From contig CDMY01000661.1 of the NCBI GenBank assembly GCA_001179505.1, forward strand, positions 1-35,109: 35,109 nt of DNA, read 5' to 3'. A program made the translations under genes and the position numbers. Shown here in pieces: positions 25,539 through 35,109 of the stretch (position 1 is its first letter; each line of letters opens with the position of its first letter). The notes below the pieces were generated by a model. That model searched no databases, was not told the DNA's origin, and worked only from the letters and a program-made list of their open reading frames with translations. This DNA comes from Vitrella brassicaformis CCMP3155 (Eukaryota > Protista > Chromerida).

Positions 25539-25968
25539 GAGAAGGAGGGAGGAAGCAGGGAGGGAGGGAGGGGAGCGCTAGGTAGCCGGGGGCGGGCTGT
25601 AATTTTGGTACAACGGAACATTACGTAGGTAGTTTTTGATTCTGTTGCTCTTCAGCAAGGCTTGCTTTGCAAGTTCCCCCCATGCGGTGAGGAATCTAAA
25701 ACTTTTAGTGCCAGCTAAATAATAAGTTGCTCCGGCTGCACGTTTGGCTTGGTCTGGGCGGGTATTTGGTGCCTGTGTAGCTGCGTGGGTTTTTCTCATC
25801 GATGGTAGCTGCATGTGTTGCGTCGCGCACAGGGAGGGGCTAGAGGCAGGAGTTTAGTCTGTGGATGGATGGATGTGGTGGTCTGGGTTTGGCCCCCCTG
25901 TTGATACACATACACATGCTTAAGACGGCGATGTCACCCTTGCACGTGGCATCGACTCACTGACTAAA

Positions 25969-26151
25969 TTGGAGGAAGTGACGTGCCGGTGCGATGGATG
26001 CCCAGGCATCACTCGGGATAGCGCAAAGGCGTTTTGTGGTTGGTACTTCGGCTGCCTTTTACACAAAGTAGACAGACAGGCCACATGCTGGCAGGCAGGC
26101 ATTGAGGTACACTCACGTGTCACATGCGTGGCGTGGCACGGCACGGCGTAG
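25969..26151 (+). pseudogene. Degenerate TLDc-like relic in the 3' flank of copy 2
   Basis: Translation SAKAFCGWYFGCLLHKV resembles YKASVDGWRFGDLLEAV of the functional copies; the inverted counterpart continues into a diverged TLDc C-terminus. Confidence 0.4.
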
Positions 26152-26222
26152 ACAGGCAGATGCACAAGACAAACTCCCGACCGAGGGCATGCGCGTGGAC
26201 GCGCTGTGTGTGTATGTGTGTG

Positions 26223-27866
26223 TGTTGGCTGAAATGTTGCTCGACCACGATGTCCGAGCCGTTCGTTATCGTGAAACGGACTTTTTCTCAACTGATCGCT
26301 CTGCTCCAGTTGTAATGATAGTGATTCTGCAATGGAACGTGCCGCTGGATAAGGCATGAACGAACGAATCACTCTGTCATTCTCTCAAGTCACACAAGCG
26401 CGCGTGCGCTTGCATGTCAGTCAAGCAATGAATTCGAATCAATCAATGATGATCATTGTCATTCATTCATTCAGTGAATCACTGCCGTGATCCTGGCCTG
26501 ACTGGCCACGAGGTGGGTGGCCATGGGTGTCTCAAATCACCCATACGTGGTCACCATAGCGGCGGTGGCTTTATCCGCCCCTCCGCGCCTCCCTCTTCGC
26601 CTCTCGCGACGCCCACAGCACTCGCCACTCTCTCGCGACTAGGGGAACTTGGATCCGAACTTGGATCTTGGATCCTGGATTCTGGGCAGCCCCGGGCTCG
26701 CGCCAGCCGTCCCTTTCCCCCCTTGGATCTGCAACCAACCACCATGCCGGCGACAGCAGATCTCGAGCAGCCATCGTCTCTGCTGCCCCTCCTCGCTGGC
26801 GCCACCGCCGGCGTCGTCTGCCTCGTTGGCCTCGAGGAGGTTCTCCGCCTGCAGCGCAAGAAGCCCGCCAATGCGTCATCGAGCGTCGGTGGCAAGCAAG
26901 GTGGGCGACCGGACGTCCTGCGCCAGGTCACGCCAGAGGAGAAGGACAAGCTGTGCGAGGTGCCCCGTGTGAAGCTCACACCTATGGAGGCATTTGATGC
27001 GCTGCGCTCGGGGAAAGACCCGCACCTGTAAGTAGTTAGTAAGACAGCAAGCAGCGGCCTCGTTCGTATGCATGGATGGCGTTTGTGTGAGTGTCAGGAC
27101 CGAGAAGTGGCGTGACGAGCTCGACAGCGACGTCTTCTTTGTGCAGCTGCCCCTCGGCAAGCGCATTTATTTCATCACCGACACGACCTGCTGGGACACA
27201 CTTATCGGACCCGCCGGCCTCGAGAAATCCCACTTTCTTCGGCAGCTCGATCTGTTCGGGGAAGGCCAGATGACGCGCACGCGGAGCATCCTCACGCGCA
27301 AAACCAGCGGAGAGGGATGGCACGCGATCCGAAAGGCCCTCGCCCCGGCCTTCTCGTACGTATGCCTTGCGTCCACATTGACAGACAGACAGACAGACAG
27401 ATGAGGACGCATAATGGGCTGGCTGCATTGGATGTGCCTGCTTGTTTGGTTTGCTCGTTCAGCAACAAGTGCTTGGTGGCCAAGACGCCCATCTACCACC
27501 GAGTGCTGTCTAGCTTCTGCAAGGCCCTCGACGACGCTGCCGACAAAGGCATGGTCGTCAACATGCCCGAGTGGGGGCTGCGGTACACCATTGACATGAT
27601 CGGGGAGGTCGCATACAAGTACCCACACCACACCACACCACACCCACACACGCACAGGATCAGCCAACACAGAACGGCTCGGCTCATGTGTCGATGGTCT
27701 GTATGTGTGTGTGTCAGTTACAAGTTCCACGCCTTCGACGACGAGCGCAATGGCGAGGCCAAGGCCCTCCTCCGCGCCATTGACGTGATATTCCGTGAGA
27801 CCCGTTACTCGAACGTCAACCCATTCCGGTGCGCCAACCGCCCTGTGTGTGTGTTTGCAGCCGTCA

Positions 27867-27899
<33 letters not shown>

Positions 27900-30337
27900 T
27901 GCAGGCCTTACATGGTCTGGTGCAGTGAGGTGCGCGAGTATTACCAATCCATCCGGCTCTTCCGCGACGTGTGCCGCAAGATATACCGCCAGTTTCTCGA
28001 CACCCCACCGGACAAACAAGACGTGGGTGGAGTGAGGCTCAGCGCTCGCTGCGCTGACAATCGCACGCAGCAGAGTGTCTTCGATGGTGTGGTTGGTGTG
28101 TGGCCAGGCCACGTCGATCATCTCGTATATCCACAACAATCCTGGCTACCAGTGTGAGTTCGAGAAGCTCTGCGATATCTACAACCTCCTCTGGGCCGGG
28201 TAAGTGGGTGGGCACCACACACACACATGCACTCGAATGAATGCATCCACTATGGTGCCGTCGTGTGTGTGTGTGTGTGTGTCTGTCCCATCCATCCATC
28301 CATCCATCTAGGCACGACACGACTGGCTACACAATCTCTTGGGCTGTCTATCACTTGTCCAGCAATCCCCGTGTCCTCAAGAAACTCCAACAGGTAGCTC
28401 AGAGCACACACACACTCACACACAACACGACGGGGCAGGCAGACAGAGCGACCCCTGCAAGCAAGATGAGATGCAGGCGGCAGGCCTTGATGCGCTCGTT
28501 CGTGTGTGTGTGTGTGGAGTACAGGAGCTGGATGCGGCCACGTTTGCGGAGGAGCTTCCCTCGTACGACGAGCTGAACCACCTGCCCTACTTCAACGCCT
28601 GTGTCAAAGAAATCATGCGCATGTCAGCAACCAACCACAAAACACACCGAGATCGATCCATCCCTAATCTCTTGTTTGTGTGTGTGTGTGTGTGTGCAGC
28701 TCTCCCGTCGTGAGCAACGGCACCCGACGGCAGACAGAGAGCGGCTTCAAGGTCACCTCTCGTGGCGTGGACTACTGGATCCCGGGCGGCTATCAGATGC
28801 TCGCACCGTTGTTCGCCCGCGTCAGGGACGACCGAATGTATGCCAGCGACCGGGGGAGCAGACACACGACACGCATCAAGGGAACAAGTGCTTTGTCCAC
28901 TGCCTTCTTGTCGTCTGTGTCTGTGTGTGTGTGTGTGTGTGTAATGGCCTTAGTTGGGGCGATGGCAAGGTGTTTCGACCGGAGCGATGGCTTGAGGCCT
29001 CCGAGGAGCAGCTGACGGTCTACAACAAGCTGTTCCAGCCCTTCAGCATCGCCCCAAGATCTTGGTGAGTAAGAGCGTGCGACGGTCCAACACATTACAT
29101 CAGATCAGATCACACCTCTCTGGCTGGCCTGACTTGGCTGGCACTCTCTCGTCCGTCGGTTTGTTTGTGCAATGCAGCATTGCCCAACACTTGGCGCTGA
29201 TTGAGGTAACTCCGCACAGCTGCAGGGGGGACAATCGCTGCACACAGACAGAACGAAATGGTAGCGGTGTGGTGTGTGGTCTCCCTCTCTCTGGGGCTCT
29301 TCAGGTTCGCATGACAATCGCGGCCCTGTTCAAGGGTTATGAGTTCGAGATCACGACAGAGCCGGAGTTTTTCTACTCGATCACGTGACTGACTGACTCG
29401 CACACACATACACACCACAAATGGCCTGCCATTCCTTCCCGCGTGTTGTGTGTCCTTCCTCGTGTCGTGTCTGTGTGTGCAGCTACAAGCCCAGAGGCCT
29501 TATGGTCAAGCCCATCAAGCGGTCATGATCCGGCACAAACCCACACAGGCAGAAGGTTGCAGACAGACAGATGAGAGATTGGTTTTTCTACCAAATGTCG
29601 ACCTACCTGTGTCGCTGTGCATGCTGTAGTTTTCGATTGCTGCGATCCTCTCTCTGTTGTGTTGGTGTTCCGTGTGCCCTTTTTGCCCTTTTCGTGGACC
29701 GATCGAATCGCTGACCACTTCTTATTTTTGTGTCGGTCGTCTCGCTCATCAACCAATCAATGTGCAGGCCCTCTTTTTGGGCCATCCATCCATTTTATCG
29801 CCGTGTGCGCGTAGCGGGTGCGTGTGAGGGGATGTGTGATGTGTCCACGGCTGGTTTGTAGTTTTTCCTCTCATCAATCAATCAGTGTGCGTGAGCGCGA
29901 TGAACGAATGTCGTTTTTGTCTCTCGCCATCCGTCGTGTGTGTCGATCTAAACATATATTGACCGTCCGGTTGACTTCTCTCTCCGTCAATCGTTGCCTG
30001 CGGTGCCTGCTGAATCTCTCTCTCTCTCTCTGTGTGTGTGTCTGTCTGTGTGAGCCTGTCTGTGTGTGTGAGGGTGCGGGTGTTTTTTGCCATCTCAAGT
30101 GTCGCCCTGGCTGGTCAATCAGAGCAGCGGCACTCCTGCTGTGGGTGGGGGAGCGACTGGAAAAGGTCAGGGACTTCCTGTGGCTCCGACAGATCGATGG
30201 CCTGTCAATGTGACAGAGAGAGTGAGTGCATCTTGGTGCTGGGATGTCTATGGCCCGAAGTGCATCGTTGCATGAGAGCGAGGTGTGTGTGTGTATGTTG
30301 GCTGAAATGCTGCCCGACCACGATGTCCGAACCTTCC
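26223..30337 (+). repeat. Short (about 42 bp) direct repeat at 26223-26264 and 30296-30337 bracketing the P450 locus
   Basis: tgttggctgaaatgYtgcYcgaccacgatgtccgaRcc at both sites, each preceded by a GT microsatellite ending in gtatg/gtgtg. Confidence 0.8.
26744..29528 (+). CDS. Cytochrome P450 monooxygenase, N-terminal membrane anchor, multi-exon
   Basis: WHAIRKALAPAFS (C-helix), AGHDTT (I-helix), EIMR (ExxR), FRPERW, heme motif PFSIAPRSCIAQHLA with Cys codon split tg|c across an intron. Confidence 0.93.
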
Positions 30338-30525
30338 GCAAATTTAAGATGACTGCGAGAACTGCTGCGTCTCAACAAGACAAGTCATGATGTCATGATG
30401 CACTGACGGAATCGAGTAGATGTAGCCATAGCCCCATTGAATGAAGACATGCACGGCCATCAATTCTTTCGTCAACCGCGCACCCCTCCTCGGCTCACTG
30501 CACTCACCCCGCAACACATCCATGT

Positions 30526-33500
30526 CTATCGTGCCCTCATGTCAACATCGTCTTGTGTCAGTGGCCTCGGTCCGTCCTGGTCTGAGGGCACAAGAGCCCG
30601 TTTGAGCTGCCGCAGCTGCAGGAGTGAGACGTATGACCTCAGCGGCCGCGTGGCGAATCGCCGCTGCCGCTCCTGCTTGCCGCCTGTAACGCCCCTCCAC
30701 GGCTCCAACTCAGACCTGATAACATGACACGACGCATAAGGCACCGCACGGGGGGCGGCCGGTCATTGACACCAGCCTTGATTGATGTCGTTCTTACGTC
30801 GGCAGAAACAGGCCCTTATCTGTGGGGGGACGCACAAACACACGGAGAGGAGAGGCCCACATTATGAGACACCACCAGCTTTTCGCTGCCCGCTCTGTGT
30901 TTGCGCCTCCTCTCTCTTCCTCCCCCCCAGCGGTGCACCCACGTACCTTTGACGAATGCCCTGCTCTTCTCGCTGAACCGCAGCAAAGCCCTCCCGACCA
31001 TCTGCTGCGCCATCCTCTCGCCATCGCTGCCGCCCAGGTCCATGCCCAGCTCACCCGCCACTGCCGCCACATCGTCCACATCATATGCGCGCGCGAAGGT
31101 GACGGGTGTGATGGGGCCGATGACGGCGGGGAAGACCGCACCCTCGCGCAGGGACGCACCTATCACTGCACAAACAACCGGACAGGCAGCCCGATGGAAA
31201 GATGGCTGCACTCGAGCAGCTGCCGAGCGGCATGATGCGTACGTACCAGGGTTGATGGGCGGTCTGCCGGTCTTGTCGACGGCAGCGTGGCTTTGCAGGG
31301 CCGCCTCCTGAGGAATGAAGGAAGACAGCATGGCATATGATGTGTTGGTTGTGAGCAGCCATGCCATGGCATGCTGTGTCTTTGTGCGTATACTGACTGA
31401 ACACATACCCGCAGGAGTGAGTTTGGCAGCATGTGGATCTGACGCAGGAAGGAGATACACACATGGCATACACGAGACGGACGGACGGACAGACAGACAC
31501 ACGCAGCCCAGCCCCTCGTGCACAAGCAGATCTGCCCACCCACCCCGCCCATCCCCGCGCTCACCGATAGCTGCGAGTTGAAGTATATCTGAAAGCCCAC
31601 ACACGTACAAACACAGACAAATGGGAGGGAGATATACATATATATATATCACAATGAACGAAGGACTCTATCTATGCATCGCATCAAACGACTGCAGGCA
31701 GCCCTCTGCCCACCGTACCGTCTTGAGTCGTCTCCTGGCCAGCAGATCCAGCTCGGATCCGTGTACGATGAACCGATCGGGGTCGCATATGAAGACCAAC
31801 ACATCTCTGGTGGCAGGGTCGATAGCCACACAGTCGTCATAGAAGCTGGCTCGCTGCGAATCGACCGCGTAACACCTGGATGGGTGACACGGCAACACAA
31901 CACAGACACAGACACAGAACCACCGCAGCGCACATAAGGCAAGCCCAAATCAGGGAGAGAGAGCCCTCACCTGAGATGGCGATAGTCGCGGCATCGCAAT
32001 GGGGGCGCAGATGGGCCGTCAGTGTCTGCCTTTCCATCCATTAAGCCGAAGTTCTCCAGTGGCACGTCCACCATCCCATCTCTGACCGTCGGCTGCCCCT
32101 CATACCACCTCGCCCACAGGTCCCGCTGCCTCTCGATGGCCGCCCTCATCTCATGCATCACTTCGTCGGACAGGAACCGCGCAGAGAGGCGCTTCCGTGA
32201 CTCGGGCGACTGGGTGCCTGCGTCTGTGTCTGTGTCCGTCTTGTCGGCATCAGCATCAGGGATCCACCAGCCGGCCATTTCCAGGACATCGACGCCCCCT
32301 GCTGCTGTCACTGGCTTCTTGAGGCGCTTCAGCAGCTCCCGCACCTTAAATGGCGCCCCTGCAGACATCCACAGACAGAGGATGATTCCTCCCCAGAGTA
32401 TGTCTTCCGGCTTTCTCACCTTGCTTTGCTGCGGGAGTCGTTTCTTCGGCAGCTGTGTCATCATCGTCACTTCCATTTGCCGCGCCATTGGCAATGACAA
32501 ACAGCTCCAGCTGACGGAGCAGCGCCAAAACAGCGGGGTCGCTCGGAAGAGTTGACGACCCACTGCCTGTGCCGCTGCTCTCGGCTTCCTGACACGACCG
32601 AACATAGCTGACGGCCGCCTGTACCTCCCGGATGGCGGCCGTCGCCTCGTCAAGCGCCTTCCAGCCACCGATATAAACCGTCGTCACATTGCCCTCTTCG
32701 GACACGATCAAGCGTGACGCCACTCGCCGGAACGTGTGTGGCTCCCGCTGCACCATCATTGCTGTGGCCACGCGGAGAGCGCAGAGGGAGGTGGTGTCAC
32801 CCACTGTGTCGATGGGGGAATGCCAGATGAGCCCGGCCAGCTCACTGGACGTCAGGCGCTTGGCTTCAGGTCTGCCGATGGATGGGTTGCGGAAGAGCCG
32901 GCGCCACACGGTCGAGAGAGTCCACTCCGGTGCGAGGCTGCCCATCAGCTGCGACGCCTTCCGGTGAATGCTGGCCCAGTCGACCGCACCAGGGACATCC
33001 GACCAGCAGTCGGAGATCTGACCCACGTCAATCACCCTCCTCTCGATAGAGGCCGCGTCGTCTCGGTCGCTCCCCTCTTCAACAAGGGGCACGTCCACGA
33101 CCACCGCCAGCGATCGAGTCGAGTTGCGGAGCTCTGCAATGGTGCCGAAGGCCACAGATCTGTTGTCGTAGAACTCTATAGTGAGGCCAGGGCGCAGCTG
33201 GACGGCCTTGTGTTGGGTGTCGGCAGGCAGGTTGGGCAGTGGCTGCAGCGCCATCCTCTCCAGCTCGTGGCGTGACCGCAGAGGGAAGCCGCGGAAGCCC
33301 TCAATAGTGGCCACACTCGATGACGATGATGTTGATGTACTGCTGTACGGTGTTGTTGGTATCGGCTGTTCTCGTGTGGCGTTTCGCCGATGGTCAACAG
33401 GTGCAGCCTCGGCACTGGCATCGTCTGCTGCTGTGTTGGTGGATGCCTGAGGCTCCTCGCCGAGCCACACAATGCGCTTCAAGCGGTGTTGTCTGCGAGG

Positions 33501-33743
33501 CCTCCTCGTCTTGAGCTGAAGTAGAGACGATGTGCCTGCGCTGGGTGGCGCCTGCGGTGGCTGATCTTGCATGCGGACAGTGGTCGGCCGCCGTCTGTCG
33601 AGCACTCGCCAGGTCTGCGGCCTCAGCGGGGATGGTCGATGGTTGAATGTGCAGAATCCACACGAAGCTGGCTGGGCGCCGAAGAGCATCGGAGATCCAG
33701 CAGAAGTCGACACATCAACCATCATCTCCATCCCCAGCGCCAT
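30526..33743 (-). CDS. RNase II/RNB-family-like protein (cyanobacterial/plastid RNR1 architecture) with truncated RNB domain, possible plastid leader, 9 exons
   Basis: N-domain PGLTIEF...LSTVWRRL...ELAGLIW; LLKRLKKPVTAAGGVDVLEMAGWW; RDYRHLRCYAVDSQRASFYDDCV; VFICDPDRFI...ELDLLARRRLKTIYF; FATRPLRSYVSLLQLRQLK (motif IV-like); all splice sites canonical and in phase. Confidence 0.75.
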
Positions 33744-34276
33744 GGCAGCCACAGATCTCCGGACTCAAGCCAGGACACCCTCAGCGCTCAAGGAATCCCT
33801 GACGATCGTTCTTCGTTGAGCCAGCTGCTGCACCAGGCCGCATCACTGGGCTAAGAGGCGCCAAGGGACGTGCCAAGGGAGGAACAGCCGTCCAGAAGTA
33901 TAAGTTCGCAAAAAGCCGATGCCGATCAGGAAGCTTTTCGTTACAGGCTGGTGTTGGATGATGGATGTTTAGGATGGTGGTGGCTGCATGTGCCATAGTG
34001 CATCAAGGTCTGCAGAGAGCAATGATTCATACATAGCTCATTTCTGGCGGACAGACCTGGTCAGCACAGAGGAAATGGCCTCGCCGACACGTTCGCCGAC
34101 GTGACATGACGAGAAAACGTCCATTCATCCATCGAAGCGGATGGGTTTGGTCTTTGCGTGTCGGGTCGTTGTTTGTGCGGGCGGATCAGGCACTCATGGC
34201 GACATGCACCCAATTCACTCAAGGCATGCACATCATAGAGTCACTCAGTCTGTGTATCCCCCCCTCCCTCCCTCTC

Positions 34277-34584
34277 TCAGGCTAGCTTGAACACCTCGAT
34301 CTCATCTAGCTCGAAGTGGAAACGCAACTCAGACACAGCCCGATAGAATTGCACGGCAGTCTGCCTCTCCCACGCCGTGCCGTGCCGTGAGTGTACCTCA
34401 ATGGCTGCCTGCCAGCATGTGGCCTGTCTACTTCGTGCAAGAGGCAGCCGAAATACCAACCACAAAACGCCTTTGCGCTATCCCAAGTGATGCCTGGCCA
34501 TCCATCGCGCCCGCACGTCACTTCACACTTCCAATTAGTCGGTGAGTCGATGCCACGTGAGGGTGACATCGCCATGTCAAGCAT
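34277..34584 (-). pseudogene. Collapsed, frameshifted TLDc-like relic downstream of copy 3
   Basis: GWYFGCLLHEV in one frame, then WERQTAVQFYRAVSELRFHFELDEIEVFKLA* in another, matching the start and end of the TLDc exon with the middle missing. Confidence 0.6.
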
Positions 34585-34984
34585 ATCTGTATGTGTGTAT
34601 CAACAGGGGCCAAACCCAGACCACCACATCCATCCATCCATCCATCCATCCAGAGACTAAACTCCTGCCTCCAGCCCCTCCCTGTACGCGACGCAACACG
34701 TGCAGCTACCATCGATGAGAAAAACCCACGCAGCTACACAGGTACCAAATACCCGCCCAGCTCAAGCCAAACGTGCAGCCGGAGCAACTTATTATTTAGC
34801 TGGCACTAAAAGTTTTAGATTCCTCACCGCATGGGGGGAACTATGCTATAAAATGCTTTGCAAAGCAAAGCAAGCCTTGCTAAAGAGCAACAGAATCAAA
34901 AACTACCTACGTAATGTTACATTGCACCGAAATTACAGCCCGCCCCCGGCTACCTAGCGCTCCCCTCCCTCCTTCCTCCCTCTC

Positions 34985-35109
34985 TCAGCTCAGCTTGAAC
35001 ACCTCGATCTCATCTAGCTCGAACTGGAAACCCAACTCAGACACAGGCAGAAACCGCCTAGCCTCCTGCCTCTCCCACTCCCCCCAGCGGTCATCGCTCT
35101 TATGCACAG
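34985..35109 (-). CDS. C-terminus of a third BTB-TLDc-like paralog, inverted, continuing beyond the window
   Basis: VHKSDDRWGEWERQEARRFLPVSELGFQFELDEIEVFKLS*, near-identical to copies 1 and 2. Confidence 0.8.
   Translation of the reverse strand, partial: VHKSDDRWGEWERQEARRFLPVSELGFQFELDEIEVFKLS

Larger units (their letters stand above)
22657..25660 (+). repeat. Direct duplication: 22657-24006 repeated at 24307-25660
   Basis: Direct sequence comparison; offset 1650 at the start and 1654 at the end. Confidence 0.95.
25414..35109. repeat. Long inverted repeat pair: 25414-26148 (+) and 34372-35109 (-), spanning the TLDc C-terminus plus 3' flank
   Basis: Reverse complement of the window end matches ctgtgcataagagcgatgacc...ggcacggcacggcgt with scattered substitutions and small indels. 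Confidence 0.93.

Noticed and set aside
25600-25760. AT-rich conserved flank containing GTTTTAGA on the minus strand, reminiscent of a CRISPR repeat or omega-RNA
   Set aside because: No repeat-spacer array and no Cas/TnpB/Fanzor ORF; conservation is explained by recent duplication with the gene.
26644-26684. Short tandem (ttggatc)-like repeats upstream of the P450 ATG
   Set aside because: Low-complexity, in a genome rich in simple repeats; no supporting evidence of function.
25414-35109. Inverted arms as terminal inverted repeats of a DNA transposon or Helitron ends
   Set aside because: The arms consist of host gene ends and 3' flank; no transposase, target-site duplication or CTRR-hairpin end was found.

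Overview
Intron-dense eukaryotic nuclear DNA with short GT-AG introns full of (CA)n/(GT)n/(GATG)n/(GACA)n microsatellites and two 300-N scaffold gaps. Several genes carry bipartite signal+transit leaders with Phe right after the predicted cleavage site, and the Ca-ATPase is alveolate-type, so the source is most likely a photosynthetic chromerid such as Vitrella brassicaformis (inference). Most ORFs in the supplied track are intron-spanning or antisense artefacts. Gene models assembled by hand: partial EF-hand protein (-); NAT/NCS2 (UapA-like) nucleobase permease (-) head-to-head with a 2OG-Fe(II) IPNS-type dioxygenase (+); a plastid-targeted unknown-domain protein (-); plastid-targeted TspO (-); P2B/PMCA Ca-ATPase (+); plastid rpl12 (+); proteasome RPT4 (-) head-to-head with a BTB+TLDc-like gene (+), which has a tandem partial copy across a gap and an inverted paralog at the window end; cytochrome P450 (+); and an RNase II/RNB-like gene (-) with an internally deleted catalytic domain. 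Best candidates for undescribed biology: (1) the divergently transcribed permease/dioxygenase pair, where the permease has Gly at the Q/E/P specificity position, a possible nucleobase uptake-and-oxidation module (although the permease carries an apparent 4-bp frameshift in this assembly); (2) the intact but degenerate RNase II-like protein; (3) the plastid-targeted unknown-domain protein; (4) the nested and inverted BTB-TLDc duplications.
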